A DNA stretch of 64,000 nt from Nitrosopumilus sp. (GCA_965223425.1 OZ245003.1:320001-384000), one strand, 5' to 3'. Shown: positions 1 to 10,293, numbered from the stretch's first letter. Program-made: numbers and translations. The notes: generated by a model not told the origin, from the letters alone.

Positions 1-136
1 GCCGATAATTCACCAGATCCCTGTTGTTCATGTTCTGCAATGAGGGTACGTGACATGATATTGTGTATCCTCTCCTGTGCATGTCTGCCAGAATTCTGGC
101 ATCTGCCTTGCCAGTCTTCTTTTTGGACTCTGCTAT

Positions 137-1204
137 AGACCCTATCCGTTATTAACATAATTTTACCATTTTCCAGATATTTGTTCGCAACTAGATCCAA
201 AACAGGCAAAATGCCATGCATGTCATGTTAAACCACAAAAAGCTGGCAAAAAAACCAAAATTATTCCTGTCCATGACGGGAGTTACCCCCGGGCAGTTTT
301 ATGATCTGTGCCCGGAGATAGAGTCACAGTACAAGATAACGGAGGAAAGACGCCTCTCCAGGAATAACAGAATCCGAGACATCGGCGCAGGGCGCAGGTT
401 CAAACACTGCCGCAGGGACAGAATCCTGATGGCACTGATCCACTACAGGACATACGTCACACAGGGTCTCCTGAGCCTGCTTTTTGACCTGAGCCAGTCA
501 AATGTCAGCACCGGCATACGATACATGGAGCCTGCCATAAAATCTGCACTGTCACTGCCTGACAAAAAGCTTGCAGAGACCAGACAGATATCAGACATTC
601 GGGAGCTGGCATGCGCCTTTCCTGGGCTGCACGCAGTCATTGACGCATCAGAGCAGCAGATTCAAAGGCCCAAGAACAAGTCCATGAGAAAAACACACTA
701 TTCGGGCAAAAAGAAGATGCATACGGTCAAGACACAGTACGTTGTAAACGCAGACGGCATGATTATGCACAGGACGCCGCACTCGCCTGGAAGCAGGCAT
801 GACTATTCTGTCTTCAAGTCAAAGTGCCCAAAACTTTCAAGAGATCTGAAAATCCTTGTGGATCTTGGATATCAGGGGATACGGAAGGACTATCCGGAGC
901 TTGACGTGTTGATCCCGTACAAGAAGCCAAGGGGCGGCAAGCTTGATGATGCGCAGAAGGAATTCAACCGGGAGCTGTCCAGAGCAAGGGTACCGGTGAG
1001 CATGTCATCTCAAGGATCAAGAAATTCGGCATAATGAGGGACAAGTTTAGGAACAGACTGTGCAGGTATGACTGCATCAATGCCATAATCTGCGGCCTGA
1101 TCAACTACAAGCTGAAGACGCGCGATTTTGTTGTGATACCATGACGTAACAAGGAATCAGTTTGGTGAAACGTCAGGTTTTGTTAGTAATTACAGATCAG
1201 GTCT
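137..1204 (+). mobile_element. IS5-family (ISL2/IS702-like) insertion sequence
   Basis: Imperfect TIRs AGACCCTATCCGTTATTAAC / AGACCTGATCTGTAATTACTAAC (rc); 3-bp TSD TAT at 134-136 and 1205-1207; the flanks rejoin into IS110-A sequence. Confidence 0.9.
216..1144 (+). pseudogene. DDE_Tnp_4-type transposase, frameshifted near the catalytic Glu
   Basis: IDASEQ, YSGKKKMH, VDLGYQG motifs; the RVPV-EHVI motif is broken by a 1-nt deletion at about 998 and the C-terminus continues in another frame. Confidence 0.85.
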
Positions 1205-1631
1205 TATGAGTTGGTGGTGTACGGGTTTGATAGCGACGCGTCCATGCTTAGCTCGTCTCTTATCTGAAAGAACGGCGCCTTCCAACAGACGAGGATTCCA
1301 TTACAAGCTTAGAGTCCTTATGTAAATAGCTGATGTTGTACCTGATGTCTTTTGGTGTGTTTGCTATCTTTTTGTTGAGCAGTTCCTCGCCGTTTTCATC
1401 CATGACAGACATGTGATGGTCTTCTTGTGGACACCCAGGCCGACAAAGACAGCTGACATGCATATCCTCGGATCTGGGGTTGTGTGTTTGTTTGCATTTC
1501 TGATCTTTGCAGTACTGGCTCTGTTTTCTGAACCAGAACCATTCTTATCATCTAATTTCCTTGATCGAGGCACATCAGATTACTATTTGTAGACAAATTA
1601 TGTTATTAACAATGCTACATTATAAAAAAAA

Positions 1632-3128
1632 TTGAGTAGTATACGAGTAACGTATTCTGGCCTTATCGGGTTTGTAGTTGCTATGAGTGGAATTTTATTC
1701 GGACTGGCTTTTACAATTATTGTTACCAGGCAGTTAGAACCACAGGAGTTTGGCATTTGGGCAATAATTGGAAGAATGCTGGGGTACTCCATTATTACTG
1801 AGGTAATAATTTCTTATTGGTCTGTAAGACAAATTGCACGAAATGAGCCTATTGGAAAAACATCTATTATATCCAGCTCGCTTTTCTCTGTCGGTTCTAT
1901 TCCGATTTACGTAATTTGCGTATACTTGTTCTCAGATGTGAACGATGCGTTCTTTAGCTCTATGTTACTTGCTACGATTTTAATTCCCGTAATGTTCATC
2001 CGTGGCACCCTACATAGTATAAATTTTGGTCATATGCCACATGCTACAAGCATCGGAATAGCTGTTTTTCAACTTCTAAAAATTCCCTGTAGCCTTGGAT
2101 TGGTTTTTTTCCTAGACCTAGGACTGAATGGCGTAATTATCGCCATTTTCATTGCATACTTGGGTGAGATCGCAGTTCAACTTAGATATGCAATACCAAA
2201 GCTATCCGTCTCTCTGAACTTTTCATATTTAAAAAACTGGATTAAACAAAGCTGGATACCAATGTATGCAACAATATCAAATGTTATGGCAATCCTAGAT
2301 GTGATAATTTTTACAATAATTACCGGTTCCATTATTGGCGTTGCATATTATGCGGCAGCTGCAGTGGTGGCCAATCTTGTTGCTCGTACAGGATCAATCC
2401 ATAAGGCACTTTATCCAAAATTGTTAGCTAGTGGAAGTCGTGAACATATCAATGAAAATTTTATATTGATACTATATTTTGCAATACCCCTATTGTTCAT
2501 TACGATTATTTTCCCTAAACACATCTTGTTTGTACTAAACTCCGAATATGCCCATATGGGAATGGCAGTCACGTTCTTGTCCCTTCATGCATTTTTTTAC
2601 ATGATTACCACATTTTTCAATCGGACTCTGCTTGGAATAGAGGATGTAGACGTTGAGAAAAGACCTAGTCCGTCACAGTTGTTCAGAAGCAAATTATTCC
2701 TAATCTCTAGCATATCTAATATACGTCATGTACTTTACATAGGAACTTTGGCTACACTCCTATATGCCTTTCAAGATCTATCAGATACAGAACTAGTCAA
2801 CATGTGGTCAATGATTGCATTAGCGTTTTCAATTCCGTTTTTGATTTACTCGGGTATTTTAGTAAGAAGATATGCCATACTCCCAACACCCTATGTGCCA
2901 ATTCTAAAATATTTGATAGGCGGAATAAGCATAGCAATTACGTTTGTATTTACTAATGAGTATGTTGTGGTGTTTGAATCTAATATTTATTCATATTTGC
3001 CCAATCTAATATTGGAGCTAATGCTTTGCTGTGTCGTGTATGTGGGAGTTACATATGCAATTGACCGCAAAACTAGGAACCTCTTCAAACTGGTCGCCTT
3101 GGAAACTCTTTCCCGGTGGAAGAAATGA
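1632..3128 (+). CDS. Polysaccharide flippase (Wzx/MOP-superfamily) membrane protein
   Basis: 498 aa with many TM segments; ITRQLEPQEFGIW N-terminal motif typical of O-antigen/oligosaccharide flippases; glycan-locus context. Confidence 0.75.
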   Translation: MSSIRVTYSGLIGFVVAMSGILFGLAFTIIVTRQLEPQEFGIWAIIGRMLGYSIITEVIISYWSVRQIARNEPIGKTSIISSSLFSVGSIPIYVICVYLFSDVNDAFFSSMLLATILIPVMFIRGTLHSINFGHMPHATSIGIAVFQLLKIPCSLGLVFFLDLGLNGVIIAIFIAYLGEIAVQLRYAIPKLSVSLNFSYLKNWIKQSWIPMYATISNVMAILDVIIFTIITGSIIGVAYYAAAAVVANLVARTGSIHKALYPKLLASGSREHINENFILILYFAIPLLFITIIFPKHILFVLNSEYAHMGMAVTFLSLHAFFYMITTFFNRTLLGIEDVDVEKRPSPSQLFRSKLFLISSISNIRHVLYIGTLATLLYAFQDLSDTELVNMWSMIALAFSIPFLIYSGILVRRYAILPTPYVPILKYLIGGISIAITFVFTNEYVVVFESNIYSYLPNLILELMLCCVVYVGVTYAIDRKTRNLFKLVALETLSRWKK

Positions 3129-3145
3129 CAGTAGACTTTATGCAT

Positions 3146-3362
3146 CCATGTGAATTCTTTATAAACATTCCTTGCAAACTGTCACAGTGTTGAATGGCTC
3201 ACGTTAGGGTTGATCCAAATTCCAAAAGATGAGCGGACAAGTATCCATTCGGGATCTTACTCCCAGTGCCATTCTTCATCCATTTGTTAGATTGAACCGC
3301 AGTTAATTGCCCGAGGTGTAACCTCAACGCATAAAACGCAGACAGACTCTAACCGTAATAAA
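3146..3362 (-). ncRNA. Putative bridge RNA / seekRNA of the IS1111-type element
   Basis: Nested stems GUUAGA/UCUAAC and CUGCGUU/AACUGCGG enclose an internal loop UUUAUGCGU-[GAGGU-UAC-ACCUC]-GGG-CAAUUA that matches both halves of the insertion site. Confidence 0.75.
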
Positions 3363-4352
3363 TTATTTTTGGGCAACATACTCTTTTTTCTCCTTTAGCA
3401 TCCAATATATTACACGTATCAGCTTTGATGCCGCTGCAACCTTTGCCTTTGATCTTCCTCTCTTTTTTGCAAGACGGTTGTAGAATCTTGTAATGTCGCT
3501 GTCAGGCGCGTGTCTTGTATGGGTCTGGATTGCCTCCACTGCTATCCATCGCAGCATACGGCTTCCCCTCTTTGTTATCCTGCCGTGGTGTACCGTCTCA
3601 GCAGAGTTTCTCACGGACGGAACAATGCCCGCGTATGCACACAGTTTGTGCGAGTCTGAAAATCTTTTGACATTGCCAATCTCCGAATATATTGCAAGCG
3701 CAGAATAATACCCTATTCCAGGAACGGTGGTCAGCAGACTGATGTTCTGATCCCTTTTGACTATCCGGCGGGTTTTTACATCCATTTTGTAGATCTGCCC
3801 GTCTAGAAACGCTATGGAATCAAGGAACGAATCTATGCGATAGTTCCTCAGTTTTCTCAATTCCCTTACGTGGCCGGATCCGAATCCGCCGGATTTTGTC
3901 TTGATTCCGTTTTGCAAGAGTATCCCATGTATGGAATTCTTCATGACTGTTCTTGTCTTGACCAGTTTGTTTCTGTGTCTTGCAAGGTGTCTTAGCTCTA
4001 CTATGTCATTGTCGGGCACGTGGCACTGTGCAATGTAGCCCCCTCTCAATAGATTTGCCAGCGCCTGCGCGTCCACCTTGTCTGTTTTTTTGAGCGACGT
4101 TGCAATTACCTTGGTGCTAAACGGATTGGATACGATTACATTTAATCCCAGCGTATCTGTGAGAAACCGGTATAGGCCGTACCAGACAGATGATGATTCC
4201 AGCACGTATTTTGAGTCCCTTGGGATCATGGCAAATGTTTTCCTGATCTCCGCATGATTGTTCTTTATCTTCATGTTGGACTGCAGTGTCCCGCCGCCAT
4301 CCAGTACTGCAACTTGAATCGTCTCCTTGTGTACGTCTAGTCCAACATACAT
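3363..4352 (-). CDS. IS110-family DEDD recombinase/transposase, intact
   Basis: YVGLDVHK, LESS, KKTDKVDA RuvC-DEDD motifs; GIVPSVRNSA serine motif; probable ATG at 4352. Confidence 0.95.
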   Translation of the reverse strand: MYVGLDVHKETIQVAVLDGGGTLQSNMKIKNNHAEIRKTFAMIPRDSKYVLESSSVWYGLYRFLTDTLGLNVIVSNPFSTKVIATSLKKTDKVDAQALANLLRGGYIAQCHVPDNDIVELRHLARHRNKLVKTRTVMKNSIHGILLQNGIKTKSGGFGSGHVRELRKLRNYRIDSFLDSIAFLDGQIYKMDVKTRRIVKRDQNISLLTTVPGIGYYSALAIYSEIGNVKRFSDSHKLCAYAGIVPSVRNSAETVHHGRITKRGSRMLRWIAVEAIQTHTRHAPDSDITRFYNRLAKKRGRSKAKVAAASKLIRVIYWMLKEKKEYVAQK

Positions 4353-4519
4353 GATCTTGTCAGAACCACGGGTAATCTGTTTCTTTGTTTTTTTCTTTTT
4401 AAAGGACTTGATGCCAGTGTCATCTAAAATTCCTTTTCTCCGAGCCTTCACATATGGTTAATTGAATCATAAAAATTTTTCCGAAAGATTTAGATCCATT
4501 TTGATCGCCGCAACAGGTA

Positions 4520-5799
4520 ATGGAATCTTCAGAACAGACTATACGCAGGCTGCAAAGGGAGCTCAAGCAAAAGGACACAGCAATCAGGCAAAAGGACACA
4601 GCAATCAAGCAGAACAACAGAGCAATCAAGCAGAACAACAGAGCAATCAAGCAGAACAACAGAGCAATCAAGCAGAACAACAGAGCAATCAAGCAAAAGG
4701 ACGCAGCAATCAGCAGGCGCGAGAAGACGATTGGCCTGCTGCGCGAGCAGCAGCTGCTGCGCGAGGACAGCCTGTGGGCCGTTACAGATGCAGGCCGCCC
4801 TGATACGGACACGTCGCTGCTGCACATCAGGGAGGTGATCCACGGCATACTGCACAACAGCGCAAAGCTTGCAGGGATTACCTCGTATGACCTTGACCAG
4901 TTTGACTACATCTGCAATGACTTTGTGGTAGAGTCAAAGAGGCACAACAAAGACGCGCCGCTCTTTTCAGAGGACGGGACACCGGATCCCGGAAACCGCT
5001 GCCTGCCTGGCCGCAGGTCCGTCCTGCTGCTTGCGCTGTTCCGCAAGCGCTCAAACGTGACGCAGGACGCTCTGGGGCGCTGTTTGATGTTGACCAGTCC
5101 ACCGTGTGCAGGTACCTCCGGTTCGCAGATTCCGTGCTGGCAAAGATTCTGCCTACTGCAGACAGGATGACCCGTCTGGTAAAAAAGGCCGAGACATCAG
5201 GGCAGCTAGAGCAGCTAATGCCGGACAGAACCATCATAATTGACGGCACCGAGGTGGTGCCAAGGCAGCGTCCGCAGGACAGGGATAAAAGAAAAAACAC
5301 GTACTCTGGCAAAAAGAAGCGCTTTACGATTAACACCGCCATAACAACAAACAGGGCAGGCCTGATACCTGCAGCAGGCAGGTCCTTTGAGGGCGGGACG
5401 CACGACCTTACCATGATAAGAGAGGATCCGACAGACTTTGGCAGGCGGTCTAAATCCATGTACAAAAAGGACACTCCGGAAAAGGACAGGATACGGTGCT
5501 TGCAGACAAGGGGTACCAGGGATGCCAATCACTACACGGGAATGGCACTTGAGATGCCGGAAAAAAAGAGGCCGCGGACGGAGCTGACGCAGCAGCAAAA
5601 GGACTCGAACAAAAGGATCAGCGCCAAGAGGGTAAAGGCGGGGCACGCCATCGGAAGAATAAAGCAGTGGGCGAGGATGACAGACCCGTATGACGGCACG
5701 GTAGAGGAGTTTCGCGAGGAGCTGGCTGTGTGTACCGGCCTTGCAAACTTTCAACTGCTGTGGGATGCAAAGAAAAAGCGGCCGTCACTTGGTTATTGA
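4520..5799 (+). pseudogene. IS5-B transposase (coiled-coil N-terminus + HTH + DDE_Tnp_4), frameshifted
   Basis: ORFs 4520-5170 and 5104-5799; IIIDGTE and YSGKKKRF motifs; the ADKGYQG motif is out of frame. Confidence 0.85.
4565..4713 (+). repeat. 21-bp tandem repeat encoding heptads IKQNNRA / IKQKDTA
   Basis: CAATCAAGCAGAACAACAGAG x4 plus CAATCA(A/G)GCAAAAGGAC(A/G)CAG variants. Confidence 0.95.
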
Positions 5800-5987
5800 C
5801 GGCACAGCACAGGGTGCATGAGGCACTGCAAGAGTGCGCACGGATTTCTAATTTCTGCGAATTTACACGGCCTTTTGCGTCAAAATTAAATAATTTCCTG
5901 GACTGGCTTTGTGTGTCTTGGTAATGTATGCTGCAGAAAAAATTTGACGGGTCAATTATGCATAAAGTCTCTTATCCTTGGATTAGT

Positions 5988-6589
5988 GTAATCTTATGTG
6001 CCTCGATCAAGGAAATTAGATGATGATGATAAGAACAGTTCTGGTTCAAAAAGATCCACTGTTAAAAGGATCAGAAATGCAAACAAACACACTAGCTGTG
6101 CTGGGCCCACGAGATACGGCAGGTAAAGCACGTAGCGCAAAAATATGATATTGCAGGGGACGTACGGCGGCGGCAACAGTACCACGAGGATCTCAAATGG
6201 GTATTTGCAGAGGCAAAACAGCTTGCTCAGTGTGCTGCGCCATCGTCCCGCCTGTGGTACTCTATGAACTGTGCGCTACATGACATACTGGACAGGTACC
6301 GCAATACCGGAGACGGCTTGCTACAAAAGATCATAGAGAGGATGGAGCGGCATCTTCCGTGCATGTTTGCATTTCTGGAATATTCCGGTGTTGATCCGAC
6401 TAACAACGCATCTGAAAGGGCGCTGCGATATCTGGTGGTGTTCCGGAAGATAAGCGGGCAGACCAAGAGCGGCGTTGTTGCCATGAAGCGTCTTGGAGAT
6501 TTTGTGACATGTGTTCTGACATGGAAGGCTCATGGCAAATGTATTGCACATGAGGTTGCCAGACTGATATAGGGGGTAGGTGAAGTTAC
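5988..6589 (+). mobile_element. Chimeric remnant: IS110-A left end joined to an IS66-family 3' fragment
   Basis: 5988-6091 matches the IS110-A left end; 6264-6572 encodes DPTNNASERALRYLVVFRKISG (IS66 C-terminus); ends in GTTAC. Confidence 0.75.
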
Positions 6590-6621
6590 AATACGAGTAC
6601 TATGACTGATATAAGGGGTAG

Positions 6622-7623
6622 GTGAAGTCATACGCAGAGATGGTGCAAAAATTCAGCACAGTAATACCCTTTCGTGACACGCCGATAGAGCGCGAGTTCG
6701 CGAAGACATCAATCCCGTCAGCTATACGATTGAATCCCGACGAGTTGGTTATAGGTGTAGACGAACCTGCCGACGAGTCGTTTCTAGACTACATACGAGA
6801 TTTGTGCAACAAAGAGTCATATGCGAACTTCAAGATCGTGCGTGTGGAGCATTCTGATCAGTGGAGTTTTCAACTAGCCAATGTAATATGGCACTGCTAT
6901 AATGCCTGTAAAAACGACAAGATACTGGCAACGGATATAGACAATGTACTGAGAAATACGGTGCTAAAAGGGTACGACTTGATCGGTTCGAACAACAATG
7001 GCGTAGTATCTTTTACCAAAAAAACGTTGATCAGGAATGTGAGCGATCTAATAAGATATGTTTTTTATCGCTTGTCGGTACGCAGGCGATCCGATGTTTT
7101 TTCAGGTATTTACTGGGTGTACAAGCCGTATTATTTTGAGGATGTAGACATTGAGCAGTTCAAATCCATCCGCAACGGCATAGACGCCTACATGAGAGAC
7201 CAGATCACGGAAATGGGACGGCATTGCATCGTAACGCTAAAAGAGATCGGAGTGGAATCCTTGGATTACCAAAACGAAGATTATCCTTGGAGGCAGTTTC
7301 AAAAAGGCATATGGTTTTACGCAAACTATGAAAAGCATGGCAAACTGGAAATCGAACGGGAGCAGGATAGGCCTTTCATCTACAAATATGTGCACAAAAT
7401 CCTTGACAATCATCCTGGCTTGTATATACGGCTTATCAGCTATATGCACCAGCACCCATACTTCAAAAAAGGTTATTTTTGGGCCAAAAAAAACCCAACA
7501 CACGAATCTGTCCTAGTTGCAGGCAAAACATCTAGGAGCGGTTGGGGCTATCTGGGCTCCAAATACATCAAAGACATCTATTATTGGGAAAGACATGGTA
7601 GACATGGAACCGGGTTTGGCTAG
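6622..7623 (+). CDS. Putative GT-A (GT2-like) glycosyltransferase, paralogue 1
   Basis: STVIPFRD start, ATDIDN DxD-like motif, DYQNEDYPWRQF motif shared with 12470 and 36090; start may be ATG 6640. Confidence 0.6.
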   Translation: MKSYAEMVQKFSTVIPFRDTPIEREFAKTSIPSAIRLNPDELVIGVDEPADESFLDYIRDLCNKESYANFKIVRVEHSDQWSFQLANVIWHCYNACKNDKILATDIDNVLRNTVLKGYDLIGSNNNGVVSFTKKTLIRNVSDLIRYVFYRLSVRRRSDVFSGIYWVYKPYYFEDVDIEQFKSIRNGIDAYMRDQITEMGRHCIVTLKEIGVESLDYQNEDYPWRQFQKGIWFYANYEKHGKLEIEREQDRPFIYKYVHKILDNHPGLYIRLISYMHQHPYFKKGYFWAKKNPTHESVLVAGKTSRSGWGYLGSKYIKDIYYWERHGRHGTGFG

Positions 7624-8101
7624 AATAGTTGGTAAATTCAACGACATACACGAGACTGCTAAGATTTCGGACTCTGCACGCATATGCGGATGGTGCTATA
7701 TTGGATCAGATGTGGAGATTGGCAACGATACCGTGATTAGTAACTTTTGCGAGATAAACTCAGGAGTCAAGATAGGCAACAGGACTCTGATCAATTCACA
7801 CTGTCATCTAAATAGCGACACGCAGATAGGGGACGATACAATACTAGGCAGTGGCGTGCTAACGGCAGATGAAAAATACATGACAGCAAAAACGCGAAAC
7901 GTTGAAAAAAAACCCTGCAAGATAGGCAGTAATTGCCGTATAGGCCAGAACTCGAACCTGATATCCACAGTTCTGGGCGATCACGTGTCCATCGGTGCTG
8001 GATCCACAGTCCTTGAACCGGAGATCAAGCCGTATGAGGTGTGGGTTGGTACCCCGGCAAGATTCTTGCGCAAGATGACCGAGTACGAACTTGGAATATA
8101 G
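7595..8101 (+). CDS. Hexapeptide-repeat (left-handed beta-helix) acetyltransferase, WbpD/WxcM-like
   Basis: IGxx hexapeptide repeats, IGAGS and VWVGTPARFLR; overlaps the stop of the upstream gene. Confidence 0.85.
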   Translation: MVDMEPGLARIVGKFNDIHETAKISDSARICGWCYIGSDVEIGNDTVISNFCEINSGVKIGNRTLINSHCHLNSDTQIGDDTILGSGVLTADEKYMTAKTRNVEKKPCKIGSNCRIGQNSNLISTVLGDHVSIGAGSTVLEPEIKPYEVWVGTPARFLRKMTEYELGI

Positions 8102-8322
8102 ATGTGCGTTCGTTTATACGCATGAATAATGCGTATAATAATTCAGAGGATTATCGGAAAATGCTTCAAAATATCTGATTTTGCTGTATCTATCCGTACA
8201 TATGCTAAGAAAATCAAGAATGATTCTATGCAGTATTTGTGTATTCTGTCATGGAAATAATTAGTAGAAATTGTTCTATGTCATACATTGCAAAGTACAT
8301 TTGGATGTAAGATTGAGACACT

Positions 8323-10293
8323 AGACTTTATGCATAATTGACCCGTCAAATTTTTTCTGCAGCATACATTACCAAGACACACAAAGCCAGTCCAGGAAAT
8401 TATTTAATTTTGATGCAAAAGATCATTGTAAATTCGCAGAAATTAGAAATCCGTGCGCACTCTTGCGATGCGTCATCATCATCATCATGCACCCAGTATC
8501 GTACCGTCAATAACCAAGTGACGGCCGCTTTTTCTTTGCATCCCACAGCAGTTGAAAGTTTGCAAGGCCGGTACACACAGCCAGCTCCTCGCGAAACTCC
8601 TCTACCGTGCCGTCATACGGGTCTGTCATCCTCGCCCACTGCTTTATTCTTCCGATGGCGTGCCCCGCCTTTACCCTCTTGGCGCTGATCCTTTTGTTCG
8701 AGTCCTTTTGCTGCTGCGTCAGCTCCGTCCGCGGCCTCTTTTTTTCCGTAGTTAGCACATTAAATAATTGAATATTTTCACAGGCAGGATCTCCTTTCTG
8801 GCAAACAGCTTGCGTACTGACTGCTCCATCTCATCTAGCGTGCCAAACACTTTTGCAGACAGTACCCGCTTTATCACCCTCCACTGCATCTCAATGGGAT
8901 TAAGCTCCGGCGTGTACGGCAGCAGGTACTCCAGAACTATCTCGCCGTTGTATCTTTCCAGAAACTCCCTTGCCTTTTTGGATTTGTGATATGACGCATT
9001 GTCTACAAACAGCAGCACCTTGCCGAATCTTTTGTGAACCCGTTCCAAAAAGCTGCAAAAGCTGTCGCTGTTTGACTTTTCATAAAACATAAAGTAAAAT
9101 GCGTTTGCCGCCAAAGCTCCAAAGATGTATCTTCTTTCGCGTGACAAAACAGAGGGGGATGTGGCGCGCTTGCCGCGCCTTCTCCACCCGTAGCCGGGCC
9201 TGTTTGATGCCTTTTGAATCGAGGATGCATCGCCGGCCAGTACGGTGTATCCCTGCGCCGACTTTTCTGCAACGAGTTTTTTTGCCCGCTCCTGAAACTC
9301 TTTTTGCTTTCTTTTTGAGGCTGATCTTGGGTTTTTTGGACGCGCCTTGCTCCACGAAAAGCCCATCTCCCTGACCAGCTGCAGCGCGCCTGTCTTGCTG
9401 TACTGCACGCCGAACTTTTTCTTGATGTGCAGCCTTACCAGGTTGGAATCCCACAGGCTGCTCTCAAAGCCGCATGACTCCGGGCCCGCATCCAGGTCTG
9501 CTGCAAGCTGTCTTGCCTGCGGCCCGCCTATCAGGTGCTTTCGTCCCCTGCCGCTGCGCTCGAACCTTGCGCGTATTCCCTCGTCCTGTGCGCGGTTGAG
9601 CCATGCAGATATGGTGGACTTGGGCCTTCCCAGCATTCTTCCGATCCTGTCTAGCGGCACGCCGTCCTTGCGCTGCATGTACGCAAGCAGCCTGTCGCGC
9701 CTTCTGGGATCGGTCTCTTTTTTGTATGCCCTTTTGAGGTCTGCAACGCTGGTGTTTGGCAGAAATTTTGCCCCCCTTGCAACCTGTCTCTTTTTTTGTT
9801 TGTACATGCAGTGTGTGCGGTATGGCCGGTCTTGGATCTTTTGGCCAAAAATAATTGTCAAAATGATTCAGTTTTTTTATGTGCATACTACGGCATCTCA
9901 AGTGCCATTCCCGTGTAGTGATTGGCATCCCTGGTACCCCTTGTCTGCAAGCACCGTATCCTGTCCTTTTCCGGAGTGTCCTTTTTGTACATGGATTTAG
10001 ACCGCCTGCCAAAGTCTGTCGGATCCTCTCTTATCATGGTAAGGTCGTGCGTCCCGCCCTCAAAGGACCTGCCTGCTGCAGGTATCAGGCCTGCCCTGTT
10101 TGTTGTTATGGCGGTGTTAATCGTAAAGCGCTTCTTTTTGCCAGAGTACGTGTTTTTTCTTTTATCCCTGTCCTGCGGACGCTGCCTTGGCACCACCTCG
10201 GTGCCGTCAATTATGATGGTTCTGTCCGGCATTAGCTGCTCTAGCTGCCCTGATGTCTCGGCCTTTTTTACCAGACGGGTCATCCTGTCTGCA
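8323..10293 (-). mobile_element. IS5-family element B, copy 2; 5'-truncated and interrupted by IS630-A
   Basis: TIR AGACTTTATGCATAATTGA at 8323; near-identical to the reverse complement of 5155-5970. Confidence 0.9.
8749..9890 (-). mobile_element. IS630-family element A, intact (transposase 8752-9861)
   Basis: HTH + DDE (GDAS, VDNASYH, PELNPIE); TIR TAGT(TA/AT)GCACAT; 2-bp TSD CG. Confidence 0.95.

Larger units (their letters stand above)
1..1583 (-). mobile_element. IS110-family element A, degenerate 5' part, split by an IS5-family insertion at 137-1204
   Basis: Fragments VFVGLGVHKK / LVMESSSV and the left end GTAATCTGATGTGCCTCGATCAAGG match the better copy at 11425-12337; frameshifted. 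Confidence 0.85.
3146..4459 (-). mobile_element. IS110/IS1111-type element B, apparently complete
   Basis: Precise insertion without TSD into the IS5-B TIR; short subterminal inverted repeat (ATGTGAA / TTCACAT); about 215 bp non-coding region 3' of the recombinase. Confidence 0.9.
3133..5970 (+). mobile_element. IS5-family element B, copy 1; left TIR split by an IS1111-type insertion
   Basis: TIR AGACTTTATGCAT|AATTGA (3133-3145 + 4460-) and TCAATTATGCATAAAGTCT ending at 5970; the intact left end is seen at 33108-33131. Confidence 0.9.

Noticed and set aside
4565-4713. 21-bp repeats as a CRISPR array
   Set aside because: Units are contiguous with no unique spacers and are in-frame coding heptads; no cas genes in the window
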